Below are positions 1 to 11,106 of a stretch of 64,000 bases of DNA, in pieces. Numbering within the stretch: position 1 is the first letter of the stretch; each line of letters starts with the position of its first letter. Source of the stretch: Candidatus Cloacimonadales bacterium (GTDB lineage: Bacteria; Cloacimonadota; Cloacimonadia; Cloacimonadales; JAFGVF01). Under the pieces are notes generated by a model. The model saw nothing but the letters and a program-made list of their open reading frames with translations. It was not told the DNA's origin and made no database searches. The stretch is taken from positions 1,760,001 to 1,824,000 of the forward strand of contig OY762964.1 in NCBI GenBank assembly GCA_963667035.1, written 5' to 3'. A program made the position numbers and the translations under genes.

Positions 1-1
1 C

Positions 2-1744
2 AGTTTCTCTGCCAGGACTGGTAACTATGCAATAAGCTACTTAACTGATACAGAAGACATTGCTCTTGATATTTTTAGAGATAACCTGCTAATGCCTGCA
101 TTTGATGAGGATAAATTAGATATAATCAAAATGCAGATGAGGGAAGAGATCGCCAGACGTAATGACTCTGACAGCGATGTAGTTTTTAGAGAGTTTAGCA
201 AGCTGATATATGGAGCTGATAGTCCTTATGCAAGAACCAATGAATATGATGATGTTAACAATATTGAGAGAATGGATTTGATAAGATTCTACAATGCTGT
301 AATTCATCCTTCAAGAATATCCGTTAGTATCTATGGAGATTTTAATTCGGAAGAAATGATTAGTAAGTTTAAAGAGAATTTCGAGCAATGGAATCCGGTA
401 GATTACGGTTCTTTTCTTGAGTTACCGGAAGTTCCGGTAGTTATGGAGCCGTCTGTAAACTACATCAGTCGTCCTGATGCTACTCAATCATGGATTCTTT
501 TAGGACACATGACCGAGTTTACACAGGATAATCCGGATTACTTCCCAATGATAGTAATGAACCAAATCCTAGGTGGTGGTTTTAGTAGTCGTGTTTTTAA
601 AACAGTTAGAACAAAACTTGGTCTGGCATATTCTCCGGGTGCCTATTATAGCACTAATTTTGAAGTGCCCGGTATATTCTATGTGATGTCTCAGACTAAA
701 ACAGAAGATACTACTCAGGCTATTGATGCCTTAATTAATGAAGTTGAGAAAATGAAAACAGTCCCTGTGACAGATTTAGAACTTCATCAAGCAAAAGAGA
801 GTTATTTGAACTCATACGTATTCAAGTATGAAAAGAAAAAATCAATTGTAAACACTATGAGAACTCTTGATGTATTTAACTATCCTACCGATTTCATCCA
901 GAAAATTAAGGAAGGAGTTCAAAAAGTAACTAAAGAAGATGTAGAAAGAGTTGCAAAACAATATCTCCATCCTGATAAGTTCACGATTGTAGTTATTGGT
1001 GACCAAGAAGGATTTAAGAATCCATTATCACAATATGGTGAGGTTAATAATATTGATATTACTATACCTGAACCAACTACTAATCAAAAAGAGCTCACAG
1101 AGGATATGATATCTCAAGGTAAAACTATTTTCAATGATGTTCTTTCAAAAATGGGTGACTCCAGAAGTTTGAAAACTATGATAGTTGAAGGCAAATCTAC
1201 TCAGATTCAAAATGGTACCAGCTTCGACATAGATTATAGTGTTGTATCTATGTATCCGGACAAAGTAAAGAGAACTATTACCGCTCAAGGAGTTCCTATT
1301 GATATTATTCTAAATGGAAAAAGCGGTGTAAGGAAAATGATGGGGCAGAATATGGCAATGCAAAAGTCCGAAGTTGAATCAATTTTCAAACAGAGTTACC
1401 AGAATCTACTTTGGATTTCAAAATACAGGGATCAGTATACTCCTTACTTGGATGATGATACAGTGTTTAATGGAGTAACTTATAAGACTCTTGGTCTCAG
1501 AAGAGGTGACATGGATTATTGGTTGCTTCTTGATGAGAATAATGAATTGAAAGGAAGAGTTAATGTATTTGAAAACATGGGCAAAGCTTATACTTTGTTC
1601 TTAGAGATTCAGACAACCGAGTTAGGAACCATTCAAACAAAGGATGAGACTTATAGCGAAGATGGTACATTCATTCAAAACACATCAATTACCAATATGG
1701 AATGGAATCCTGAAGTTGATGAATCAATTTTTAGTGTAGAATAA
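2..1744 (+). CDS. M16 (pitrilysin/PqqL-like) peptidase family protein, 5'-truncated by the window edge, with an extra C-terminal domain
   Basis: Frame is open from base 2. Motifs ILGGGFSSRVFKTVR..GLAY and VTKEDVERVAKQYL are typical of M16 C-terminal domains. Confidence 0.8.
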   Translation, partial: SFSARTGNYAISYLTDTEDIALDIFRDNLLMPAFDEDKLDIIKMQMREEIARRNDSDSDVVFREFSKLIYGADSPYARTNEYDDVNNIERMDLIRFYNAVIHPSRISVSIYGDFNSEEMISKFKENFEQWNPVDYGSFLELPEVPVVMEPSVNYISRPDATQSWILLGHMTEFTQDNPDYFPMIVMNQILGGGFSSRVFKTVRTKLGLAYSPGAYYSTNFEVPGIFYVMSQTKTEDTTQAIDALINEVEKMKTVPVTDLELHQAKESYLNSYVFKYEKKKSIVNTMRTLDVFNYPTDFIQKIKEGVQKVTKEDVERVAKQYLHPDKFTIVVIGDQEGFKNPLSQYGEVNNIDITIPEPTTNQKELTEDMISQGKTIFNDVLSKMGDSRSLKTMIVEGKSTQIQNGTSFDIDYSVVSMYPDKVKRTITAQGVPIDIILNGKSGVRKMMGQNMAMQKSEVESIFKQSYQNLLWISKYRDQYTPYLDDDTVFNGVTYKTLGLRRGDMDYWLLLDENNELKGRVNVFENMGKAYTLFLEIQTTELGTIQTKDETYSEDGTFIQNTSITNMEWNPEVDESIFSVE

Positions 1745-1760
1745 CCTTTATTAATTATAT

Positions 1761-1794
1761 AAAGCCTGCTAATATTCATAGCAGGCTTTTTTTA
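1761..1794. terminator. Intrinsic terminator between convergent genes
   Basis: AAAGCCTGCTA-ATATTCA-TAGCAGGCTTT followed by a T run. Confidence 0.85.
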
Positions 1795-1807
1795 TCTATA
1801 GCAAAAT

Positions 1808-4441
1808 CTATTGAACAATTATCTCATCAAACATAATTATCGGTGTGTCTTCATCACTAGAGTTATTAGTAATTGTTATCTTAATGTACCTGGCACTAGT
1901 ATTCTCTTCTTCCATCTTTAAATGAAACTTCGAATAGACCTTCTTATCCTCAATCATTACTTTAACTGTATGCGGATCGGAATAAGCTACTTTATCATTG
2001 GAATACTGTATCGCTATCTCATCAGGATAACTGACATCATTATCCTTACCTGATATAAAGTTAAAGGCAACACTCTCTATAGTCTTAATCTCTCCTAAAT
2101 CAAGATTGAAAGTCATAGTATTTCCTTCAAAACCAATATTCCTGTAATCCAATAATGTGTTCCCTGATAATAAACCATCCGTAAGTGTATTGAGTCCATT
2201 ACCTGCATAGACTGTAGATATTTTTGCATCAATTGAGATTTTACAATCCAATGCTTTATGTATGGCAAATGCTTGTTCTGCTTCTGCTATAGTTCTATTA
2301 TCATCAATAGCTCTGAGCTTAAGAACGGATGATTGTTTGATTACTAATGTATCATTGAACACCGATGAGTTGGAATTGGGGATTGTTCCATCAAGAGTAT
2401 AATAAAGAGGAGCCTCTGCTGAAGTGTATGTAGTTGTAATAACACGCGCTTCCTCCCTGTTATTGGAACATAGGTTCAACAGAGGCAATAATTCAAACTC
2501 GTCAAACCAGGCAGTTCCGGGCCCATAATAGATTAACCTCGGACTAATTCTTCCCACCTGTTTGCTTTCCTGAATGTTATTAAAAATATACGAGAATTTT
2601 GTCCAGTTTTGATTTAAAAAATATTCCGAGGAACTTAATTTTCCAACTTTAATTTTAAATGAGTTATGAGCTACAATACGCTTATATAATGCTTTTTGCT
2701 TGCTTCCGAATAGTTTTTGGAAAATGCTTTTTTTAAACTTCTCCTCAATAACTTTGCTATATGTATAACGTTCTTTTTTTGCTTTCACTGACACATAGTA
2801 ATCCCTACCATAATCCAATTTCATGGGATAAAAAGAAAGATTAAAACTATCACTTTCCGGAGATACATGCATTCTTAAAGAATGCTCGCCATCTGTTGCA
2901 ATTCTGGAATCTATTGTATATATCTTCCCTCTTCCATGCCCAACATTGGCATAACATCCGGCAGGAACAGAAGCTACATAATTTCTTTCAAAAGAATGAT
3001 TAAGAAAAACCCTGTCATTAATTCTCGGTAGTTTCGGAGCATTCTTTATATAAATCTTATATATCCTTACACCGTAAACGTCCAAGTAATCGTCTATTAC
3101 TCCATTGTTTACATCCAGACTCCTGTTCTCAAACAAGACTTCAGCTTCTCCGGTAAAAAACCGTGACATTCTAATTGTTAATGGCACCGGTTTATTCTCT
3201 CCGTTTACAGAAACGATTATTATACTGTTATCTTTTTTGAAGGCTTTTGTAGTAATTTTTACAGTGCCATCACTAACTTCAGGATTCTCTTCACCACTAA
3301 ATATCCAAGGAACTAACTCCTGCATCTCAAGCATAGAGTTACAAGCCTGACTCCATAGTTGAGTCGACTTAGGAAAACCGTTTAACCCCTTTCTGATAAA
3401 GAATTGATATCCGGAAGCTCCGTTAAGTAATGAAAGATAAAGCATAGCTCTCAATTCATTATGAGTCGGCTCTCTTCTCCACCATTCACTACCTCCAAAT
3501 GTCTGAGGTACATTCCAAACAAGCTTCTCAGGGAAGAACTCATTAGTTAATCTATGAGTCACTTGTTCCACTTCATAAACAGAGCGAACCGGTATTGGGT
3601 AAGGATCTGCCATTGCAATATCTAGAGCTTTACTATATTGACCGGCTTTTGCAGATTTCATGAATACTATTGTGATTGGGTGATAAGGGTCTATTTCTTT
3701 AATAAGGTTGTAAATCATCTCGAGATATTCCGGTTTTGTCCCTGTATAATACGGTTCATCACTAATATACCAACTCATAAGAGCAGGATGATCTTTAATG
3801 GCTTCAACCTCTTCTTTTAGATAACTTAATGTTCTATCCATATCACTAAAATCATGGTCGTGAAGATTAACTCCCCCACCTCCTGCAACACTTAGAAGAT
3901 TGTAATTAACTTTCATTCCAAGATTGTTAGCATCATCAAGATACTCCAATCGTTCTAATCTGGTTTCAGGAAGGATTTTTTGATAAGGTGATATCATGTT
4001 AAAACCACGAACAACCTCATCTTCAATAAGATATGATTGTACCGGAGAGTATGTGTAAAATCCAGAGGGCAGATAGATTAGGTCATCAACTATCAGACAA
4101 CCTCTGATTCTATCTATTTTAACAGCATTAAGTTTATCAGGTAATCTCTTTATCTGTACCGATGTAGTGGATTGATTACCATTGTTGAAAGTTGTTACCT
4201 TTTGATTATCAGATAAACCTTTTAATGGTATCTCAATTGCTCGAATCTTTTTACGATAATCGATTATGGATTTGTAGATTTGATTATTGATTTCTAATGA
4301 ATCCACCCGAGAATCCTTATCAATCCAAAACAACCTGATTGTCTTTTCATTAGTATAATAATCTCTATCCGTATAAACATCTATAGAAAACAATCCTGTT
4401 ACTAATGCTAGTAATAGGCATAAAATATATATTCTGGACAT
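1808..4441 (-). CDS. Secreted multidomain putative glycoside hydrolase (TIM-barrel-like + Fn3-associated/chitobiase C-terminal + F5/8 type C-like)
   Basis: Signal peptide from ATG 4441 after a GAGGAG RBS. Motifs WYISDEP, DPYHP, YYTLDGTIPN and LTDG...DLGEIKTI. Confidence 0.6.
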   Translation of the reverse strand: MSRIYILCLLLALVTGLFSIDVYTDRDYYTNEKTIRLFWIDKDSRVDSLEINNQIYKSIIDYRKKIRAIEIPLKGLSDNQKVTTFNNGNQSTTSVQIKRLPDKLNAVKIDRIRGCLIVDDLIYLPSGFYTYSPVQSYLIEDEVVRGFNMISPYQKILPETRLERLEYLDDANNLGMKVNYNLLSVAGGGGVNLHDHDFSDMDRTLSYLKEEVEAIKDHPALMSWYISDEPYYTGTKPEYLEMIYNLIKEIDPYHPITIVFMKSAKAGQYSKALDIAMADPYPIPVRSVYEVEQVTHRLTNEFFPEKLVWNVPQTFGGSEWWRREPTHNELRAMLYLSLLNGASGYQFFIRKGLNGFPKSTQLWSQACNSMLEMQELVPWIFSGEENPEVSDGTVKITTKAFKKDNSIIIVSVNGENKPVPLTIRMSRFFTGEAEVLFENRSLDVNNGVIDDYLDVYGVRIYKIYIKNAPKLPRINDRVFLNHSFERNYVASVPAGCYANVGHGRGKIYTIDSRIATDGEHSLRMHVSPESDSFNLSFYPMKLDYGRDYYVSVKAKKERYTYSKVIEEKFKKSIFQKLFGSKQKALYKRIVAHNSFKIKVGKLSSSEYFLNQNWTKFSYIFNNIQESKQVGRISPRLIYYGPGTAWFDEFELLPLLNLCSNNREEARVITTTYTSAEAPLYYTLDGTIPNSNSSVFNDTLVIKQSSVLKLRAIDDNRTIAEAEQAFAIHKALDCKISIDAKISTVYAGNGLNTLTDGLLSGNTLLDYRNIGFEGNTMTFNLDLGEIKTIESVAFNFISGKDNDVSYPDEIAIQYSNDKVAYSDPHTVKVMIEDKKVYSKFHLKMEEENTSARYIKITITNNSSDEDTPIIMFDEIIVQ

Positions 4442-4646
4442 GAATGTCTCCTCAATTACTGAATATTCGAATTTGAGCAACAAGAGCTAATCCGTCAATG
4501 ATTAGTTAAGGAATATTATCACCTTTTGAGGTAGTATATTTACTTATCTTATCAAGTTAAACCAGCTATAGATTTTTATTGCTTGCCTAATATGGTATTG
4601 ATAATAATGATAATTGAGTAACAGAATATAACTTGGAAGTATTAAT

Positions 4647-5723
4647 GTGAGAAAACTCTATATTTTAACCGTGATAATTATTTTACTCCTATTGGGATGT
4701 TCCGGCTCTCACAGGAAGTCAGGAACAAAGGAATTTGAGGAAAGAGTTTTAAACATAACCGAGTTTCACAGTGAAAAATGGTATAGCAGTACAGTTACTG
4801 CATACACGTATGTTGGGAATAGAGATACATTAGTTGTAGCGACAGAAGACCTTATCCCTCGTTCAGGTAATATTTCCTCAATGCTTTATATTCTAGATAG
4901 TAACTCTCAGATTCGTACTAAGCAATATCTATCGTTGAACAGAAAAGTGAATGATCTTAAGGTTTTGGGTCAATCTATCATTGCACTTACTTCAAGTATT
5001 GACAATAGTGATATTGAGTTAATCAGCTATAATAAAATACTTGTAGAGCAAAGCAGAATCTTACTTGATAAAGATTTGGATTACTCAATTGTCACACCTG
5101 ATAACAGATTCTTGATCTTGAGTTATAATAATTTTGAATTGATAATTCATGAGTTAACAAAAGATCTTGATATGATAGAGCTCAGAAAGATAAAAGTATC
5201 TAATCGCAATCTCTTCCTAACTGACAACTATATCTATTTACAGGATAAAAACACATTAATTCTATATCGATACTCTTTGAAGAATACTGATGAAGTTCCT
5301 AGAGAACTGAAAGTCAATAAATCTGATATAGACACTATTGTATTCTCTAATGAGAATGAAATGATTTATATCCAAAACCACAATAGAATGATGTATTGGA
5401 ATATAAGATCCAATAAGAAAACGATTTTATCTGAATGTGCTTTACCTATTGCTAGGATAGTCGATAATAAGATTTACTATCTATCATATTTAAATGCAAA
5501 AGAGTTATCGGGTACAAAGCTAACTATATTACATCCTGATACTAATAATGAAGTATATATTCCATTGCTAAAGGGACATGAATATAGAGTAGAATCTATG
5601 CAAGTGATTGACCACAACACTATCCAACTTCAAGGTACAAGATTAAAGATTCAATACAAACTTAGAAGAAGGAGTCTTGGGTATTTCATTACTCTATCGA
5701 TAGAACCGCATCAAATCATGTGA
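4647..5723 (+). CDS. Hypothetical lipoprotein, possibly beta-propeller
   Basis: Lipobox LLGC after a hydrophobic stretch; 358 aa ORF. Confidence 0.55.
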   Translation: MRKLYILTVIIILLLLGCSGSHRKSGTKEFEERVLNITEFHSEKWYSSTVTAYTYVGNRDTLVVATEDLIPRSGNISSMLYILDSNSQIRTKQYLSLNRKVNDLKVLGQSIIALTSSIDNSDIELISYNKILVEQSRILLDKDLDYSIVTPDNRFLILSYNNFELIIHELTKDLDMIELRKIKVSNRNLFLTDNYIYLQDKNTLILYRYSLKNTDEVPRELKVNKSDIDTIVFSNENEMIYIQNHNRMMYWNIRSNKKTILSECALPIARIVDNKIYYLSYLNAKELSGTKLTILHPDTNNEVYIPLLKGHEYRVESMQVIDHNTIQLQGTRLKIQYKLRRRSLGYFITLSIEPHQIM

Positions 5724-5894
5724 GAGTGAACATCTCTCATTTGTATATCAGCATAAAGTAAGCAATAAGAATAGCTAAGCTAAAGAGAGTGTCCATAATA
5801 TATTTTAGAGATTATTTAGATTTCTATTGACAAGAAAAGCGGTTAACTAATTTGGAGACAAATAATAATTCATAATAAATAAATGGAGGATTGA

Positions 5895-6161
5895 ATGCCC
5901 AATTCAGCATCACCGCGTAAGAGACTTAGACAGGATAAGAAAAGATCCGCAAGAAATAACTTTGTTAAAAGCACAATTAACACATTGTCAAAGAAGATGG
6001 TAAGTGATTTACCAATAGACGAGAAGAAAAAACTTCTCAGCGAGCTTTACTCAAAGCTTGATAAAGCAGCTAAGAAAGGCGTTATTCACAAACGTACAGC
6101 TTCTCGCAGGAAAGCCCGTCTTGCCGCTTACATTAGCAAAATCGAAAACGCAGCTGAATAA
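5895..6161 (+). CDS. rpsT: 30S ribosomal protein S20
   Basis: MPNSASPRKRLRQ...LDKAAKKGVIHKRTASRRKARL; GGAGG RBS. Confidence 0.97.
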   Translation: MPNSASPRKRLRQDKKRSARNNFVKSTINTLSKKMVSDLPIDEKKKLLSELYSKLDKAAKKGVIHKRTASRRKARLAAYISKIENAAE

Positions 6162-6177
6162 TTCAGACCATATAGAT

Positions 6178-6210
6178 TAAAGGCTGATGATTGAATCATC
6201 AGCCTTTTCT
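6178..6210. terminator. Intrinsic terminator
   Basis: AAAGGCTGATGA-TTGAA-TCATCAGCCTTTT between convergent genes. Confidence 0.85.
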
Positions 6211-6232
6211 TCTTTATATAAAACTGTATTAT

Positions 6233-7120
6233 CTATTGAAAAAGCATTCTCTTGTGGAGATACTTCAAAAGATTATCTTCTATAGGAATTGATGTGTTAA
6301 TAGGATTGTACTCTATCCCTGTTTTGAAACATTCGGATTGGATGTACTCAATATAGCTATTAAACTGATTTTGATAATTTGTTTTAATCTGCCAAGGATT
6401 TACAGTTATTCTTTTACCTGATTCCGAATCAATAAACTCAGTTTCATCTCGATAGTTAAACTCTTGCTCTTGATTATCCAGAATATGGAAAACAATTACT
6501 TCATGATTTCTGTATTTAAAATGCTTTAATCCCTTAACAAGCTCGTCCGGATTATCAAGTAAATCCGTAATCAGAATGATAAGGCTACGCTTTCTAAGAT
6601 TCTCGGCAACTGCATGCATAGCCTCTACTGTTGCAGTAGTTGATTCAGGTTTTAGTTCCATTAACTGTTCAAATATAATGTTAATATATCCCGAGTATGC
6701 TTTCGGAGGAAGATGCCTTGTTACTTGATTAGAATAGGCAATCAATCCGGCTGCATCTTTTTGTTTAATTATTAGATATGCTAATGCTCCGGCTAAAGAG
6801 ACAGCATACTCCAATTTTGAAACATCACCTGATTGAAATGACATTGAGTTGCTGTGGTCAATTAAGATATAAGAGCGTACATTTGTTTCTTCCTCAAATC
6901 TCTTGAGATAATACCTATCAGTTTTTGCATAAAGTTTCCAATCTACATTCCTAATAGGATCTCCCTGAATATACTGCCTATGGTCTGCAAATTCAACGCT
7001 AAATCCGTGATAAGGAGATTTATGTAATCCTACCATAAAACCTTCAACAATATTGTGAGTTTTAAGATAAAAACTGTCTAATCGAGCAAGTAGTGAATCA
7101 CTGATAATTTTATTCTGCAT
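6233..7120 (-). CDS. DUF58 (vWA-like) protein
   Basis: GLHKSPYHGFSVEFADHRQY..GD.IRNVDWK, FEEETN. Confidence 0.9.
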   Translation of the reverse strand: MQNKIISDSLLARLDSFYLKTHNIVEGFMVGLHKSPYHGFSVEFADHRQYIQGDPIRNVDWKLYAKTDRYYLKRFEEETNVRSYILIDHSNSMSFQSGDVSKLEYAVSLAGALAYLIIKQKDAAGLIAYSNQVTRHLPPKAYSGYINIIFEQLMELKPESTTATVEAMHAVAENLRKRSLIILITDLLDNPDELVKGLKHFKYRNHEVIVFHILDNQEQEFNYRDETEFIDSESGKRITVNPWQIKTNYQNQFNSYIEYIQSECFKTGIEYNPINTSIPIEDNLLKYLHKRMLFQ

Positions 7121-7327
7121 TTAGTCCTTTTTTTTGAAAGGCAAAAGAAGTGAAATTGGTATAACTACTACATAAGCAATTATAAGCAAAATCGGAGAAA
7201 GTGAAATATCCCCCTTACCCATAAAAAAATACCCAATAGTAACAAGAAGAACTGCAATAATCATTATTACATAATTCATGAATGATAGGTTAAGACGGTC
7301 ATTACCCTTTTTAGTCATTGTTAACAT
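7121..7327 (-). CDS. Small two-TM membrane protein (DUF3098-like)
   Basis: NY..IGYFFM..LSPILLIIAY.VIP pattern; coupled within the operon. Confidence 0.6.
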   Translation of the reverse strand: MLTMTKKGNDRLNLSFMNYVIMIIAVLLVTIGYFFMGKGDISLSPILLIIAYVVVIPISLLLPFKKKD

Positions 7328-9263
7328 CCTTTTGATTTAAACTTCCCAAAGCTTTTGTAGCAGAAACGACTGCTTCCGTATCATTGTTAAGCATTTGTGC
7401 TTTTCTATAATACTCTACAGCTTCATCTTGCATGCTAAGTTTATGAAATATAGCACCAATATGATAAGCAATCACACTACTATCAAAACCAAGTTTAATT
7501 GCTCTATCCATTGTTTGTTTTGCTTTGTTATAATCTCCTGTTTTGTAATAATACCAGGCATAACTGTCGATAAAGTTAACATTATCCGGTTCCTTTTCCA
7601 ATGCTATCTCCAGATAGTATGGTATCTTGTCGGTAATCTGTCCGGTTTCAGTTAACAAGTATGCCAAAGCATTTAGAATAAATGATTCCTCAGGATAAAA
7701 GACAAGAGTTTTCTCAAGTACTTCTATTTCTTCATCATACCTTTTATCTCTATCTAATAGTGTAATTTTCAACTTAAAAGCATATAGAGAAGGTGTTTCA
7801 TTATCATTCAATTCTTTATCAATATCAGCTTCGGCTTTCTTATACTCACTCTTCTGATAGTAATACTGAGCATAAATCTCATTACGACTTAGAGTTTCCG
7901 TTTCACTACGCATATCAAAAAGCTTATCAGCCATTTTGATATCGTCTCCACATTGAAGATATATTACAGCTAAAACAGAGATAAGATTTGATTCTCGTAA
8001 CAGTTCTGGATCAACTTTCTTAGCATAATCATAGGCAGAGCTTTTAGCTTCTGCAAGATAGTACTTTCTAGCAAAAAGAAAGTCTACATATCCTTGATTT
8101 ACTCCATATTGACTCAAACTAAGTAACAAGTAATCAATGTTATCTTTCTCCTCTTGGGAAAAATCACTAATAAACCTCTTTATAAAGAAATCATGAACAA
8201 TGGCAAAATCACCAACTCTAGAAAGATACTTAGCTGTGCTTTCTTGATTTCTTATCATCCACCAAGATTCTGCAGCCATAAGCGAGAAAATATCTCTGTC
8301 TGACTGAGTAAAATCTTCATGAGTAATCAATCGATCATAAATCTTATCTAGCAGTATAAGATGTTCTTTACCTACACAACTGGAAAAGAGATAGCGTTGG
8401 ATTTGAGCTTCATTAGTGTCATAGTAATAATCAAAATCTGCAACTATCTTCTCATATTCTTCTTTTTGATATAGAAGCTCTATTAGAATTCCTTTCTGGA
8501 ATTCAGTTATATCCGATATATGCTTCTCGAGAATTGTAATGAGACCATCTTCGTCTTTATTCTGAGAAAGCATTCTGATTAACAGTTCCATTAGTGCCGG
8601 ATGATAACTCTTATCAAGTGAATCTTGAAGCATAGCTATTGTTTCTTTAGGTTGCCAGACTGATCTTACTTCAGCGATTGATTTAATTAGTAACGGATTG
8701 TTATTGCTTAGCTCATAAGCTTTATCAAGAAGTTTAAAATCAACATTCTTAAGGTATTTTGCATTTATAACAAACATTCTGAAGTAATCTTCACCTTGAG
8801 GATCATATTTAAGTTTTACATCATATATTCTTAGAGCTTCATCAGGTTGTTGATTAAACAGATATGCTTGAGAAAGACTAGTTAATGTTTCACTGTTGAA
8901 ATAGCCTTCATTGTAGATTGATTCTGCCAAGTCAAGTGCTTCCTGTATCATTTCCTTTTCTGCTTGAGCATTTTCAAGTAGAACTTCAACCAATCTCTGT
9001 TTAATAAACACTGACGAAGTATCGATAGATGATGCTATTTTTAGAAGTTTTATTCCGTTATGAACATCACCTTGTGTAGCTGCCATATCTCCCTGTGCAA
9101 AGAACTTAAGCGACATAGGATTTGGCTTGGATAGTGGAATAGTCGGATATACCAAATTGTCAGCTTCACTATTAGAAACTGCTGTTTTCTCTCCATTCAT
9201 CTTGTTAGCAGAACAAGCTGATAAAGCTACTATAACCGATACTATTAATACAAATTTTTTCAA
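7311..9263 (-). CDS. TPR-repeat lipoprotein
   Basis: Lipobox LSAC; C-terminal LNALAY..E / DSYAWYYYK.G TPR motifs. Confidence 0.8.
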   Translation of the reverse strand: MKKFVLIVSVIVALSACSANKMNGEKTAVSNSEADNLVYPTIPLSKPNPMSLKFFAQGDMAATQGDVHNGIKLLKIASSIDTSSVFIKQRLVEVLLENAQAEKEMIQEALDLAESIYNEGYFNSETLTSLSQAYLFNQQPDEALRIYDVKLKYDPQGEDYFRMFVINAKYLKNVDFKLLDKAYELSNNNPLLIKSIAEVRSVWQPKETIAMLQDSLDKSYHPALMELLIRMLSQNKDEDGLITILEKHISDITEFQKGILIELLYQKEEYEKIVADFDYYYDTNEAQIQRYLFSSCVGKEHLILLDKIYDRLITHEDFTQSDRDIFSLMAAESWWMIRNQESTAKYLSRVGDFAIVHDFFIKRFISDFSQEEKDNIDYLLLSLSQYGVNQGYVDFLFARKYYLAEAKSSAYDYAKKVDPELLRESNLISVLAVIYLQCGDDIKMADKLFDMRSETETLSRNEIYAQYYYQKSEYKKAEADIDKELNDNETPSLYAFKLKITLLDRDKRYDEEIEVLEKTLVFYPEESFILNALAYLLTETGQITDKIPYYLEIALEKEPDNVNFIDSYAWYYYKTGDYNKAKQTMDRAIKLGFDSSVIAYHIGAIFHKLSMQDEAVEYYRKAQMLNNDTEAVVSATKALGSLNQKDVNND

Positions 9264-10045
9264 AAAGAAGTCCTAAAATTAATCTTAATTGCTCTATCAA
9301 CTCCAATACTATCATCATCATAGTTCCCAAGGTTGGGGTTATTCTGGAGTATATCATAAAAGCTCAATCTCAGGTCAAGATTCTCTGAAATAGATACAAG
9401 AATACCTGCATTTAGATAACCTTTACCATCACCCGTGACTTCAAAACCATTTTCATCTATAGAGCGATCATTATCATTTGTAGCTATATCATATTCAGCA
9501 AAAACATGAACGACATCACCAACGCTTTGCTGAATAGCTAACCAACCGGAAATATCCTTATCACCATCCTCAATTTCCAAAGATTTGTTAAATCCTATAT
9601 GTGCACCAAATCCGGGTAATAAAATATTATGTTTGGAAGCAACAAGATAGAAGCCTTTTGATTTAATGTCATATCTACTAATATCACTATGCCATGCCCC
9701 ATGTCCCATCGAATCAAAACCAATGGCTATAGCCGGAACCACCTGTGTCTCTCGCATAAATCTGAATTTAACATTGGCATCAACAAGATTGTGCCATTCG
9801 GGGCTAAGATTACCAACCATGTTTTCAGCACCATAACTTAATCCTATTGTTATATAAGGCAGTAATCCTATCTGTGTACCAGCTAGCATACCATTTGCTT
9901 TATATATCTTGGTCCAGATATTGTATTCACCTTGCTCTAAGACATTTGCAGTAGGAGCTCCTACTGTATATGTGAATGTATTAGCAAAAGCTAAGCTGAT
10001 GCTCAACATTAAAATGATATAAATCAGTATCTTTTTCATTATCAC
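9260..10045 (-). CDS. Outer-membrane beta-barrel protein (YjbH-like)
   Basis: Signal peptide, PTANVL motif, amphipathic strands, terminal Phe. Confidence 0.6.
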   Translation of the reverse strand: MIMKKILIYIILMLSISLAFANTFTYTVGAPTANVLEQGEYNIWTKIYKANGMLAGTQIGLLPYITIGLSYGAENMVGNLSPEWHNLVDANVKFRFMRETQVVPAIAIGFDSMGHGAWHSDISRYDIKSKGFYLVASKHNILLPGFGAHIGFNKSLEIEDGDKDISGWLAIQQSVGDVVHVFAEYDIATNDNDRSIDENGFEVTGDGKGYLNAGILVSISENLDLRLSFYDILQNNPNLGNYDDDSIGVDRAIKINFRTSF

Positions 10046-10046
10046 C

Positions 10047-11105
10047 TCATTTAATTATAATACTTCTGCTTATTGCCTCGAGCTCAAGCAAATGATATAG
10101 TTTATTACCGGCCGGGAAGAAAATGGAATTATCAACAATATAAGCTGTTTTAGTCGATTCATCCCAGAATGCAAAACTCTGAAAAGCACCACCTATCAGA
10201 TAAGTCATATTATTCCATCTTCCTGACATCTTTAACCCTTTTCTATCTTTCCATTTAAAACTAGAAAACCTTACATGTTCAGTACTAATCTCATCCTTAT
10301 CATAGACATCCCAGCCTAGCTTACTACGTCTTTGGAACAACCAATCTTGGTTAATAGGATTCTTTTCCGCTTTTTCATAATATACTGTTACATACTTATC
10401 CGGTTTATCACCTTTCTGTTGATAATGCCTATAAAGAAAGGAAATTACATTTTTTTCTTTCATATCTTTGTATACAACATATTGCTTAGGTATATCAACA
10501 ACAAACGGATAACCTTCAAATAGCTCATTTCTAACTGATATCTTGTGACTATACTTGTTGGCTATTCTTTCTACTAAAGCATCTTCATAGCGAGAGTAAA
10601 TCATATCTTTAATATTCTTATGAACTGTTTTAAGTTGCCCCAAACCGTCAGCCAAAAGAAATGCTACAGTCTGTTCTCTAGCCCATAAATCATTTTTTAC
10701 ATAAAAACCATATCCATCGGTTTTTACTTTATCAAGAATTTCACCTTCGAACTGTTCTTTGATATATTTAGCTACATCTTGATGATCACTTATATCTGCA
10801 ACAAAAAAAAGATTTCTGAATTTATAATAATCATCCATTTTTGTCACATCTGCACGCTTTATTTCGAATAATGCTTCTTCACTAGTCGTCATTGTATAGC
10901 GTTCCAAATTGTTCTCAATATCTTCACCCATTACATCCCAAAGGTCTTGATCGGCAAATACATAGATATTCTGATCTTGGCCCCATGAAAGTGGTTTATT
11001 AGATATCTGCTGAGATAAATCTCCTGCAGTATCTTTCTCTGACTTATTACAACCTAAAGCGATTGTTATCAGAGTAATTATCAGAAGTACTTTAAACAGT
11101 TTCAT
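10047..11105 (-). CDS. DUF4837 family lipoprotein
   Basis: Lipobox ALGC; DLWAREQ, GRW..., GGAFQS, FFPAGNK motifs. Confidence 0.65.
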   Translation of the reverse strand: MKLFKVLLIITLITIALGCNKSEKDTAGDLSQQISNKPLSWGQDQNIYVFADQDLWDVMGEDIENNLERYTMTTSEEALFEIKRADVTKMDDYYKFRNLFFVADISDHQDVAKYIKEQFEGEILDKVKTDGYGFYVKNDLWAREQTVAFLLADGLGQLKTVHKNIKDMIYSRYEDALVERIANKYSHKISVRNELFEGYPFVVDIPKQYVVYKDMKEKNVISFLYRHYQQKGDKPDKYVTVYYEKAEKNPINQDWLFQRRSKLGWDVYDKDEISTEHVRFSSFKWKDRKGLKMSGRWNNMTYLIGGAFQSFAFWDESTKTAYIVDNSIFFPAGNKLYHLLELEAISRSIIIK

Positions 11106-11106
11106 A

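Noticed and set aside
5718..5760. Selenocysteine read-through at the TGA of the 4647 lipoprotein (a hairpin follows)
   Set aside because: Read-through meets another TGA two codons later and a TAA shortly after, and there is no redox motif. No convincing selenoprotein was seen in the window.
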